From Eledone cirrhosa (Eukaryota), in the NCBI GenBank assembly GCA_964016885.1, contig OZ024756.1:13950001-14014000 (forward strand): a DNA stretch of 64,000 nt. Reading direction: 5' to 3'. Positions 24,286 through 36,299 of the stretch are shown here, in pieces. Numbering within the stretch: position 1 is the first letter of the stretch; each line of letters starts with the position of its first letter. A program made the position numbers and the translations under genes. The notes below the pieces were generated by a model. That model saw nothing but the letters and a program-made list of their open reading frames with translations, was not told the origin of the DNA and searched no databases.

Positions 24286-26785
24286 TCATCATCATCATCA
24301 TCACCGTTTTACGTCCGTTCTTCCACGCTAGCATGGGTTAGACGGGTTGTCCTGTTGTGGGCAGTGTCTGGTCGGCTGACCATGCCTTGCTCATACAGGA
24401 ACTGATCTGGCTTGATTTCTACAGCTGGATGCCCTTCCTAACACCAACCTCATTTACAGTGAGTGCTGGGTGCTTTTTCGTGGCGCCTACACGTCCACTT
24501 TACAGTGTGGGCTGGGTGCTTTTTTGCCGTGGCACCTCCACGACCACCTTGCGGTGGGGGGGGGGGGGGGGCATATTGTTTATATGCTTCAGCATGTACC
24601 CATGGGAGGTCGGGTACCCTGTATTACTGCGTGACGCCAGAAGTCACGGTCGTGTGTCATTGACTTTGAGAGGTGTAGTTGGGTAAGGTCGGCTTTTATC
24701 ACCTCATCCCAAGTCATCTTGGGTCTCCCCACTCCGCGGTTTCCATCAACTTCTAGTGCTCTGCACCTTTTTATGCAGCTGTCATCCTTCATACGCATCA
24801 CATGTCCATACCAGCGTAACCGCCTCTCCTGCACGCAGCATTTGATTCCTCTTATGCTCAGTCTCTCTCTCAATTCATTTATGCTTTGTCGTTCACGTAT
24901 ATTACTGTTACACATCCATCGGAGCATGCAGGCTTCGTTTCTCTCTAATCTACGTAAGTCTTCCACCTTCAGCGCCCAGGTCTCACTACCATGCAACATC
25001 GCTGTTCGGATACACGCATCATACAGTCTGCCTTTCATTCTGAGGGAGAAGCCTTTTGCAGCTAGCAGTGGTAGTAGTTCCCTAAACTTCTTCCATCCCG
25101 TTCTTACCCTAGTTATTGTACTTTCTGAGCACCCACCTCCGTTGCTAATTCGGTCACCTAGGTAGCAGAAGCTGTCTACTGTTTCTACAGGGCCCTCCCA
25201 GAGATTGGTGGTACTTGTTTCCTGTGGCTGTTTGCTTGCTGTTTCAGCACAGCTGCTGCATGTGAATCCTACATTCTTAATTAAGCTTCCTGAGATCCCG
25301 CTACATCTCTTGTGTACCCATTGTTTGCATTTGGGGCAAAGAATGGAGTTCCTACCTACACCTTTCCTACATACTGAGCAAGGCCATTTCCCTGAGGGGA
25401 TCTGGGTTCTGTTTTCTCGTCTACTTATAAGGACCTTAGTCTTTGTCATGTTGACTTTGAGGCCCTTTCTCTCTAGTCCCTGCTTCCAGGTTTGGAATTT
25501 ATTCTCTAGTTCTACCATAGATTCAGCTATGAGTGCGAGGTCATCAGCATACAGGAGTTCCCATGGGCATCCGGTCTTAAACTCCTCCGTTATTGCCTGC
25601 AGGACTATGATGAACAGGAGAGGGCTAAGAACAGAGCCCTGGTGGACCCCAACCTGTACGCTAAATTCCTCGCTATACTCATTGCCAATCCTAACTTTGC
25701 TGACTGCTCCCCTATACATGGCTTGTACCGCTTTCACAAGCCATTCATCTACTCCTAGTTTTCTAAGAGCCCACCAGATTACTGCACGTGGAACTCTGTC
25801 AAAGGCTTTCTCAAGGTCGACAAATGCCAAGTAGAGTGGCTTACTTTTAGCTAGGTACTTTTCCTGTAATTGCCTCACAAGGAAGAGCGCATCAGTGGTG
25901 CCTTTCCCTGGAACAAACCCAAATTGCATCTCGTCTATATTCACCCGGTCCCTAATCAGCTGTGCTATAACTCTTTCTGTTACTTTCATGACCTGGTCCA
26001 TCAACTTTATACCTCTATAGTTTCCTCTATCTAGTGCATCGCCTTTACCTTTGTAGCAGTTGACAATGATGCTACTGCACCAATCTTTTGGTATGGCCCC
26101 CTCTAGTATTACCTGGTTAACGATACGTGTGGTTATAGTGTGACCTACAGACCCAGATGCCTTCAGCATCTCGGCAGCTATACCCGATGGACCGGTTGCC
26201 TTCCCTATCTTCATATCTCTGATTGCCTTACTTACTACGCTGCCGCTGACTTGTACTGCTGGTCCCTCTATAGGGTCTACGTGGGGTAGGGTCTCTTCTT
26301 CCCATGCATTCTCCTCATTTAGTAATCTATCATAATGACTCTTCCATGCATCTTTCTTCTCAGCACTTGTGAGGGCAAGCTCACCTTTATCATTCCGGAT
26401 ACACTTCTCTCCAATGACATCACAACTATCTCTGACACACTGCCTCGCAATCTTGAATACCTCCTGTTTCTGGTCCTCACGTTGTAAAACATGCTTGAAT
26501 TTTCTATCCTCTGCTTCCCTCCTAGCTAAGTATACTTGTCGCCTAGCTTCCCTCTTGGTCTCTATGTAATGTACCCTGCTCCCCCCGTTCTTCCATTCTT
26601 TCCATGCCTGTCTCTTGGCCTTGACTGCTTCATCTACCTTATTGTTCCACCACCAAGTCACTCTCCTCCTGCTTGAGGTCTTACTCCAGCCACAAACCTC
26701 ATCCGTCGCCTCTAGTAAGTTATTTTTTAGGAACTCCCAGTTCTCTTCTACGTTAAATGTCTCTATCTGTTCTTCTTTACTGTCG
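24283..26785 (-). mobile_element. young 5'-truncated RTE LINE with uninterrupted RT frame
   Basis: 690-aa ORF 24589-26661 (frame stays open to the truncation near 26785) with intact RT motifs incl. YADD; 3' UTR with VNTR and (GAT)n tail into (TA)n. Confidence 0.95.
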
Positions 26786-26829
26786 TAGTCAAAACTACGC
26801 CGAAAGCTTCGGGAGCTTCCAACACTAAT

Positions 26830-27080
26830 GGTTGCATTCTTTAAGGGTATGTCAATATTTATTTATAAAACTGTTCTATATTATATTTTATCTGATGAAA
26901 GTACACCATAATTTAACTTGGTGTCCTTGAAATATGTATAATGAAATAAATATGGTTTTATAAATATAGTTTCCATTTGTTAATATTGTATTTTTACTCC
27001 AATTATTTGTTGAGTGCTTTATATCAGTTATAGAAATATTTGCTTGTTGTATCCCAACAATTTAAATAGAACTTTTACAT
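26830..27080 (+). mobile_element. AT-rich Penelope-pLTR-like repeat with hammerhead core
   Basis: CTGATGA(26892)-stem-GAAATATGTA; body matches 52600-52835 and 30255-30445. Confidence 0.55.
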
Positions 27081-27094
27081 ATATATATATATAT

Positions 27095-28191
27095 ATCAAA
27101 TCCTCTGCCTCCTTCACTGTATTTGTCACCAAAACTATGTCGTCGGCAAATTCAGCATCCGATACCTTTTTCGCCTTAACTCTCCCGCTCCGAGCCGGTG
27201 CTACAGTAAAGCCAGAGTCCTGGTGTTTCTCCAGTGCAAGGCACATACAATAGTCTACTACGATGAGAAAAAGGTAGGGAGCCAATGTATCTCCCTGGAG
27301 CACTCCAGCCAGTATCTCAAAGAACTCTGTCATCCCATCAGGTGTAATGACTTGGGCTTTGGTGTTTGTGTAGAGCAGTGATATCAGGTCCACTATCTTC
27401 TTGGGGATTCCATAAGCCCGTAAGATCTTCATCAGGCAGTAACGGTCCACAGAATCAAAGGCCTTCCTAAAGTCAATGAAAACCATGACCGCGGGAGGTT
27501 GAGACTGTGTCGATGAGTGTGGGGCTGAGAATGAATGAGACTAAAACAAAATATCTGGTAGAGAATGTTGAGAAGCCAGAGGGGATCACAAATGTAGGCG
27601 GGAAGCCGCTAGAATTGGTTGAGGGCTTCCTGTATTTGGAAGCAAAGATTGGGAATACGGAAGATGATGTGGTTGAGAGGAAGAGCAAAGCCTGGGCGGC
27701 GTGCCACAGCTTGAGATCGGTGTGGAAGTCGGACCTTCGTGAAGACCTGAAAATCCACCTCTTCATTACTGTAGTGGAGTCTGTGCTGCTGTATGGGTCT
27801 GAGACTTGGACACTGACCAAGAAACTCACTCAGATGGTGGATGGGTGCTACACGAGAATGCTGAGGATGGCTCTGAACATTAATCAGTATACACTGAGAA
27901 TGAAAAACTCAGAGCTGTATGGGAGCATCCCAAAAGTCAGCTCAAAAGTGACACAGAGGAGACTGAGGTTAGCTGGACATGCTCACTGACATCCAGAGTT
28001 GACATTGCACTCAGTGCTCCTGTGGGAGCCCCTACATGGACACACTAGAAGAGGAAGACCAAGGTTAACGTATGCTGATGCCCTAAGGACAGACACTGGT
28101 CTGTTAGAGATGCAGGACATGGCAGCGATAATGAGGGACAGAGACTGCGGGAGAGAACTCGTCCATGGATCTCGGGAATTTTACCCGCCTT

Positions 28192-28193
<2 letters not shown>
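27095..28193. mobile_element. RTE-like LINE (third family) with 5' inversion
   Basis: 27095-27490 on minus encodes DFRKAFD, GVLQGD, FADD; 27491-28193 on plus continues the same ORF (KTK, YGSETW); flanked by (TA)n. Confidence 0.9.
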
Positions 28194-28230
<37 letters not shown>

Positions 28231-28237
28231 TACATAT

Positions 28238-28446
28238 GTCAGACACCATGCTTTGCTTCATAGAGCTATGGTCGTTTACATTCTGAGTTCAAATCCCGCC
28301 GAGGTTAACTTTGCCTTTCATATTTACGGGGTTGATGAAATAGTTGTAGTGCACCTGAGCACTGTGCACAATAATTTCATTATTATAAAATACCAGTAAT
28401 GCACTAAGGTAATTGCTGGCCTTGTGCCAAAAGTAGAAACAATTAT
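28238..28446 (+). mobile_element. SINE A interrupted by a short CR1 3' end (about 28342-28388)
   Basis: B-box and body of SINE A; insert gttgtagtgcacctgagcactgtgcacaataatttcattatt. Confidence 0.7.
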
Positions 28447-29390
28447 CTCTATATATATAAAACAGAGGATGTCTGTCTGTCTGTGTAAATCCCTAAAATT
28501 CGAGAAGAACCTGACTGATTTTTTTTCAAACTTTACACATGCGTTACTTATATTTCTTGAAGTGCAATGGGCTCAAATTTCTTTAACTTTTTCTGCCCTA
28601 GGGTCCGCATTAGGTGAAAAACCACATTTTAAAGGCATTTTTAGGATTTTTTGAGGCGGAACTTAAAGATAATCCAGCCAACCTCCTCGAAATTTGCAGC
28701 ACACATTAGTTAGTCCCCTCGCATTGCTGTGGACAAAAAATTTCCGATTCCATAAATGGTTTCTAGGAAATGTGCGAATTAGCATTGGGCATTAAATGCC
28801 ATTTTCATTTTCAATATAAGCGCTACTTAAACATCGTAAGTAGAGCATAATATTTTATTAAAGATTTGGTTTCCGGGACCATTTTCAAGGGATTCAGGAA
28901 ATGAGGTGGACCTTAAAATTTTTGTCGGTGCCCTGTTGACGCTTCGTGCTTTCATCACACGCAAATCCGAGCCCTGTGTACGTTGCCGTGTTATTGACAC
29001 TGTAAAACTCACGTCTGTGCTACTTCTACCAAGACCCCTTTTGTTGCACCTACACCGCAGTATGAACGTCCTGCACAAGTACGCCGAACAGCGGTTGTGC
29101 TAATTCCGCAGTGACTCCTTTTGTCGCACCTTTGTTGCTGTGTAAAGGCAGGGCAACTAGTGCCGCACAGCGTTTGTGCTAATTGCACTATGACCCCCCC
29201 CCTCTCTCTTCTGCTGCAGCTGCGTTGCCACGCTGATTTCGTCATCTCAATATCCCTACTTGGTTTTCACACAATTGACTACGTCGCTCCTCAATCATTC
29301 CCTGAGAATAAGGGAATTCAAAAAGTACACAGCTACATTCCTCAATCTTTGCATATACGTGTTGCTATTTCACGTGTCCTGATACTAGTA
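28447..29390 (+). mobile_element. Helitron-like non-autonomous element (tentative)
   Basis: 5' TCTATATATATAAAA...(GTCT)n start, 3' CTAGT; degenerate helicase-like peptide ...QKVHSYIPQ...VAISRV. Confidence 0.4.
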
Positions 29391-29599
29391 TATAATGTTT
29401 GAGTGTCTGTATAAACGGTCTAACCCATGCTAGCACGGAAAAATGGTAATGCTAGCATGGTAATGATGATGATGATGTGTGTGTGTGTGTGCACGCGTAT
29501 GTATATTCTTGTACCAAACAAAAATCTAGTACGTTTCACTGTTTGTGTTTACGTTTCGGTTCTTGAGATCTCAATTTCGCCTTTCTTAGTACCCTCAAT

Positions 29600-29902
29600 T
29601 AGGATATAGCCAATATATTGAGAAGAACAACAAATATCAACAATTTTAAAAGATCGTTTGGTAGGTAGTGTAAGTTAAGTGGGCGTGGAGCTGCCTTAGT
29701 TCGATACATATCAAGTGAGAGGAAATACTGAGTTTGTGATTAATTTGATGTAGTCACGTGATGCCAAGGTCGGGAGGTCAACAGCGTGTGTGTGCGTGTG
29801 TTAACGGTGTAAAGGGAAGTGAAGTTAACAGGCGCTGTACAACTGTTCGCGGCTTCGATACCACCCTCTTCAAATATCAGTGAAGACAAACCCAACTCTG
29901 CT
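29600..29902 (+). promoter_or_regulatory. probable GK promoter / 5' UTR
   Basis: Repeat-free stretch with several CpGs just upstream of the ATG; CCAAT (~29610), GC-box-like GGGCGTGG (~29681), palindromic E-box GTCACGTGA (~29753). Motifs only, no transcript data. Confidence 0.35.
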
Positions 29903-29971
29903 ATGTCTCTCAACTCCTACGGTCCTTTAATCGGGGCCATAGACCAAGGGACCAGCAGTACTCGTGTTCTA
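29903..29971 (+). CDS. GK: glycerol kinase exon 1
   Basis: MSLNSYGPLIGAIDQGTSSTRVL with the FGGY-family DQGTSSTR ATP-binding motif; donor gtaagt. Confidence 0.93.
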
Positions 29972-30254
29972 GTAAGTTTTATTACAATATCATACCCACA
30001 TCATCTTTTGTGTCACAACCGGTGTCCAATTTTATCTGCTCTCTCTCTCTCTCTGTCTATTATTCTGACAATTTATAATCCCGTTAATTATTAATTAAAT
30101 AATAATAGTTACAGTAATAATGATGAACTATAATTTTTTTTTTACCAATATGTATCCTTTCAGTTTTCTGCAAATGTTATATAATCACACGGTTATATCT
30201 TTTTGCTTATCGATCGTATTATATATATATTATATACATATATATATATATACA

Positions 30255-30445
30255 ATATATTAATAAATAGAAACTATATTTATAAAACCATATTTATTTT
30301 ATTATACATATTTCAAGGGCAACCAAAGCAAATTATGGTGCGCTTTCATCAGATAAAATACAGATATGTTTTATAAATAAATATTGACATACCCGGAAAA
30401 AAAGACAACCTTAACGGTTGGAGCTTCCTGGATATAACCTTTGCA
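30255..30445 (-). mobile_element. AT-rich Penelope-pLTR-like repeat with hammerhead core
   Basis: Minus strand CTGATGAAAGCGCACCA...TGGTTGCCCTTGAAATATGTA. Confidence 0.55.
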
Positions 30446-30987
30446 TATATATATATATATATGAAATATCGTTTTTCACTAAAACAATGTAAAAAGTTAA
30501 AACCATAGGTGGAGAGGTTAGACTCTGCTCAAAATAGGGTAATTTATCATAATAAACAAAACAAAAAAATTTTCCCAAAAGGTCTGTAGAGACGTAAGCA
30601 CTCCACAGTGCGGCTACCTTCAGCTATTACCTACAATGTACCAGATGGAGTGTCAATACTATAAAAATGGAGAGATACGGTTTTACATATACATCCTCTG
30701 TTTATTATATAATAAATAGGATGTATACGTAAAACTGTCCCTCTTCTCTTTGTTGTAATTATTGTAAAATACAGGGTCCATTCGTGGCTATGATGCTAGG
30801 GAAGTTATTGCTTATATTATATATCGACCTCAGTACTTAAGATACTTTAATTTATCGATCACACCCGAGTGGATGAAAAGTAATAATAAAAGATCAATGA
30901 TAAAATTAAGTAACTGTGAAAATACTTATGAGTTAGTTAATTTAATCGACTCTACTCCATGTTTGTGGAATATTTAACCACTTACTT

Positions 30988-31337
30988 TAGGGGTTCTCAA
31001 AGTGGGCGCTTCCGACCCCATGGGCGGGCGTTGAGAAGGTCCAGGGGGGCGCTGGGGTCTAAGGGGGTGGTGGAGGGTGGGCGGTAGAGATGATATAATA
31101 GTATATTAAATATCAAATCATACATTTTATATATAATTATAGTAAAATAAATATATAATACATAGTTTATATTATAGTATTTATTGTATATAAATTAACG
31201 ATTTTATTTATTATATATTATTTACAATTTGCGTGTAGGCAGGTCTCTCTGGAAATAGTGTGGGTGGGAGGCTAAGGGTATTACGTGGCTGTGAGGGGGG
31301 GGGGGGGCAGTGGCTCCAAAAGTTTGAGAACCCACTG
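30988..31337. mobile_element. hAT (Charlie-like) MITE
   Basis: TIRs TAGGGGTTCTCAAA / TTTGAGAACCCACTG; 8-bp TSD ACTTACTT / ACTTACAT; partial copies near 1165-1425 and 44610-44782. Confidence 0.75.
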
Positions 31338-31429
31338 ACTTACATGTTATTTTATTTTCCTTTCCTACTCATTTTTTTTATTGATTGATTTGTTTCTGAT
31401 GTACTTCCTAAATCTTATATATGATTTAA

Positions 31430-31800
31430 TTATTTCTACTTTTGGCACAAGGCCAGCAATTACTCTAGTGCATTACTGGTACTTTATTTTATCTACCCCG
31501 TAAGGATGAAAAGCAAAGTTGACCTCGGCGGGATTTAAACTCAGAACGTAAAGGGACATAACTCTATGATGCAAAGCATGGTGTCTGACACTCTACCGAT
31601 ACTACCAAACCACTGCCCTAGAAACAAAATAATTTTCTACTTTTGGCACAAGGCCAGCAATAACCCAGTACATTACTGGTACTTTATTTTATCGACCCCG
31701 TAAGGATGAAAGGCAAAGTTGACCTCGGCGGGATTTGAACTCAGAATGGAAAGGGCCGTAACTCTACGTGTCAAAGCATGGTGTCCGACCCTCTACCGAT
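31430..31800 (-). mobile_element. two tandem SINE A copies
   Basis: Reverse-complement SINE A at about 31430-31617 and 31633-31800. Confidence 0.8.
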
Positions 31801-31804
31801 AGTG

Positions 31805-32045
31805 TCTCAACTCTGAATATCAGTGAACATGTGCAGCTAACCTCAGTCTCCTCTGTGTCAATTTCGAGCTGACTTTTGAGATACCCCAATACAGTTCTGA
31901 GTTCTTTGTCCTCAGTGCATACTGATTAATGTTCAGAGCCATCCTCAGCATTCTCATGTAGCACCCATCCACCATCTGAGTGAGTTTCTTGGTCAGTGTC
32001 CAAGTCTCAGACCTGTACAGCAGCACAGACTCCACTGTAGCGACA
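31805..32045 (-). mobile_element. RTE fragment (same family as 27491-28193)
   Basis: VESVLLYRSETWTLTKKLTQMVDGCY...RRLRLAAHVH. Confidence 0.85.
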
Positions 32046-34718
32046 AAAAGACACCTTCGGGTGTTTATAACATTAGTACCACCATCTGAGTGAGTTTCTT
32101 GGTCAGTGTTCAAGTCTCAGACCTGTACAGCAGCACAGACTCCACTGTAGCGACAAAAAGACACCTTCGGGTCTTTATAACATTAGTACCACCATCTGAG
32201 TGAGTTTCTTGGTCAGTGTTCAAGTCTCAGACCTGTACAGCAGCACAGACTCCACTGTAGCGACAAAAAGACACCTTCGGGTCTTTATAACATTAGTACC
32301 ACCATCTGAGTGAGTTTCTTGGTCAGTGTTCAAGTCTCAGACCTGTACAGCAGCACAGACTCCACTGTAGCGACAAAAAGACACCTTCGGGTCTTTATAA
32401 CATTAGTACCACCATCTGAGTGAGTTTCTTGGTCAGTGCCCAAGTCTCAGACCTGTACAGCAGCACAGACTCCACTGTAGCGACAAAAAGACACCTTCGG
32501 GTCTTTATAACATTAGTACCACCATCTGAGTGAGTTTCTTGGTCAGTGCCCAAGTCTCAGACCTGTACAGCAGCACAGACTCCACTGTAGCGACAAAAAG
32601 ACACCTTCGGGTCTTTATAACATTAGTACCACCATCTGAGTGAGTTTCTTGGTCAGTGTTCAAGTCTCAGACCTGTACAGCAGCACAGACTCCACTGTAG
32701 CGACAAAAAGACACCTTCGGGTCTTTATAACATTAGTACCACCATCTGAGTGAGTTTCTTGGTCAGTGTTCAAGTCTCAGACCTGTACAGCAGCACAGAC
32801 TCCACTGTAGCGACAAAAAGACACCTTCGGGTCTTTATAACATTAGTACCACCATCTGAGTGAGTTTCTTGGTCAGTGCCCAAGTCTCAGACCTGTACAG
32901 CAGCACAGACTCCACTGTAGCGACAAAAAGACACCTTCGGGTCTTTATAACATTAGTACCACCATCTGAGTGAGTTTCTTGGTCAGTGCCCAAGTCTCAG
33001 ACCTGTACAGCAGCACAGACTCCACTGTAGCGACAAAAAGACACCTTCGGGTCTTTATAACATTAGTACCACCATCTGAGTGAGTTTCTTGGTCAGTGTT
33101 CAAGTCTCAGACCTGTACAGCAGCACAGACTCCACTGTAGCGACAAAAAGACACCTTCGGGTCTTTATAACATTAGTACCACCATCTGAGTGAGTTTCTT
33201 GGTCAGTGTTCAAGTCTCAGACCTGTACAGCAGCACAGACTCCACTGTAGCGACAAAAAGACACCTTCGGGTCTTTATAACATTAGTACCACCATCTGAG
33301 TGAGTTTCTTGGTCAGTGTTCAAGTCTCAGACCTGTACAGCAGCACAGACTCCACTGTAGCGACAAAAAGACACCTTCGGGTCTTTATAACATTAGTACC
33401 ACCATCTGAGTGAGTTTCTTGGTCAGTGTTCAAGTCTCAGACCTGTACAACAGCACAGACTCCACTGTAGCGACAAAAAGACACCTTCGGGTCTTTATAA
33501 CATTAGTACCACCATCTGAGTGAGTTTCTTGGTCAGTGTTCAAGTCTCAGACCTGTACAGCAGCACAGACTCCACTGTAGCGACAAAAAGACACCTTCGG
33601 GTCTTTATAACATTAGTACCACCATCTGAGTGAGTTTCTTGGTCAGTGCCCAAGTCTCAGACCTGTACAGCAGCACAGACTCCACTGTAGCGACAAAAAG
33701 ACACCTTCGGGTCTTTATAACATTAGTACCACCATCTGAGTGAGTTTCTTGGTCAGTGCCCAAGTCTCAGACCTGTACAGCAGCACAGACTCCACTGTAG
33801 CGACAAAAAGACACCTTCGGGTCTTTATAACATTAGTACCACCATCTGAGTGAGTTTCTTGGTCAGTGCCCAAGTCTCAGACCTGTACAGCAGCACAGAC
33901 TCCACTGTAGCGACAAAAAGACACCTTCGGGTCTTTATAACATTAGTACCACCATCTGAGTGAGTTTCTTGGTCAGTGCCCAAGTCTCAGACCTGTACAG
34001 CAGCACAGACTCCACTGTAGCGACAAAAAGACACCTTCGGGTCTTTATAACATTAGTACCACCATCTGAGTGAGTTTCTTGGTCAGTGCCCAAGTCTCAG
34101 ACCTGTACAGCAGCACAGACTCCACTGTAGCGACAAAAAGACACCTTCGGGTCTTTATAACATTAGTACCACCATCTGAGTGAGTTTCTTGGTCAGTGCC
34201 CAAGTCTCAGACCTGTACAGCAGCACAGACTCCACTGTAGCGACAAAAAGACACCTTCGGGTCTTTATAACATTAGTACCACCATCTGAGTGAGTTTCTT
34301 GGTCAGTGCCCAAGTCTCAGACCTGTACAGCAGCACAGACTCCACTGTAGCGACAAAAAGACACCTTCGGGTCTTTATAACATTAGTACCACCATCTGAG
34401 TGAGTTTCTTGGTCAGTGCCCAAGTCTCAGACCTGTACAGCAGCACAGACTCCACTGTAGCGACAAAAAGACACCTTCGGGTCTTTATAACATTAGTACC
34501 ACCATCTGAGTGAGTTTCTTGGTCAGTGCCCAAGTCTCAGACCTGTACAGCAGCACAGACTCCACTGTAGCGACAAAAAGACACCTTCGGGTCTTTATAA
34601 CATTAGTACCACCATCTGAGTGAGTTTCTTGGTCAGTGCCCAAGTCTCAGACCTGTACAGCAGCACAGACTCCACTGTAGCGACAAAAAGACACCTTCGG
34701 GTCTTTATAACGTTAGTA
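31971..34718. repeat. 110-bp tandem array (25 copies) derived from an RTE junction
   Basis: accatctgag recurs every 110 bp from 31971 to 34611; units near-identical with gtgtt/gtgcc variants. Confidence 0.95.
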
Positions 34719-35214
34719 TTGTGTGGACCAATGAAGCAGTGAGCGCCTCAGTTTGTTTTAAGAATTTCACCCCCATCTGACCTTTTATTTGTCACCAAAA
34801 TTCTGGTGCTGTCACCTTACTGGATTATCCATTACTGCTCTTCATCATCATCATCATTTTAATCTGCTTTTCCCTGCTTGCAAGGGTGGGATGGGTCTTA
34901 TTAAGCATGGCATCTCTCCATTCATGACGGTCCTTTGTTAAATATATATATATTTTATACAATTTACTACTTTATACTTACAAAACATTGTTAAATTTAT
35001 ATATATATATAATTTAAACAATATATATATATATAAGTATGTATACGTACATACATATATGTATACAGACGTACAGTAGTATGTATATACATACATACAT
35101 GAACACACATATATATATATATGTACGTATGGGTTTACCAAACATTTATTATAATGCTCGGTTTGTTTGTAAACAAACAGCCTGAATTATTAGCCGTAAT
35201 TTCATTTTTTCCAA

Positions 35215-35977
35215 TATATATATATATATATATAACTTAAACAATATATATATATATATATAATTTAAACAATATATATATATATATAATTTAAACAATA
35301 TATATATATATATAATTTAAACAATATATATATATATATAATTTAAACAATATATATATATATATATAATTTAAACAATATATATATATATATAATTTAA
35401 ACAATATATATATATATATAATTTAAACAATATATATATATATATATATAATTTAAACAATATATATATATATATAATTTAAACAATATATATATATATA
35501 TAATTTAAACAATATATATATATTAATTCAAAATATTAACAAAATAGATATTCTTGTGATCAAGTATATTTTATTATACATATTTCAGAGGTACTGAGTT
35601 AAGTTCAACAGTACGTCCTCATCAGATAAAATAAGATGACGCATGACATACCCTGACATAGTAGATGGTTAAGATTCAGTCGTGATAGTGACTACCATGA
35701 CTGAATCTTAACCATCTACTATGTCAGGGTATGTCATGCATCATCTTATTTTATCTGATGAGGACGTACTGTTGAACTTAACTCAGTACCTCTGAAATAT
35801 GTATAATAAAATATACTTGATCACAAGAATATCTATTTTGTTAATATTTTGAATTAATATTAATAACTCTGGAAAACCATTACTGTTGAGTGCTTCCAAT
35901 CTATTGTATAACTCATTCCTTGATTTATTCATTGAACCTTGTTTAACCTTTAAATATATATATATATATATAATTTA

Positions 35978-36020
<43 letters not shown>

Positions 36021-36059
36021 AAACAATATATAAATATATATATATATATATATAATTTA

Positions 36060-36096
<37 letters not shown>

Positions 36097-36190
36097 AAAC
36101 AATATATAAATATATATATATATATATATAATTTAAACAATATATATATATATATATATATAATTTAAACAATATATATATATATATATG
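35215..36190. repeat. (TA)nATTTAAACAA compound satellite enclosing a ~340-bp palindrome (35520-35859)
   Basis: Direct inspection; palindrome centred near 35690. Confidence 0.9.
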
Positions 36191-36299
36191 TTACCTTCTG
36201 TTAATGTAGTGGCATTGTGGTGGTATTGGTTATGGCGATGTTAGCGTGGTGGCTATGGTGATGTTAGTGTGATGTGGTGTTGGTTGTGGTGGTTATGTT

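Noticed and set aside
24589-26661. Domesticated host gene from the 690-aa ORF
   Set aside because: 5'-truncated, no ATG or endonuclease, retains the LINE UTR and tail, and has a near-identical decaying sister; best explained as a recent insertion
29819-30094. 91-aa ORF as a complete gene or N-terminal extension
   Set aside because: Begins at GTG and reads through the exon 1 donor; GK homology starts at ATG 29903
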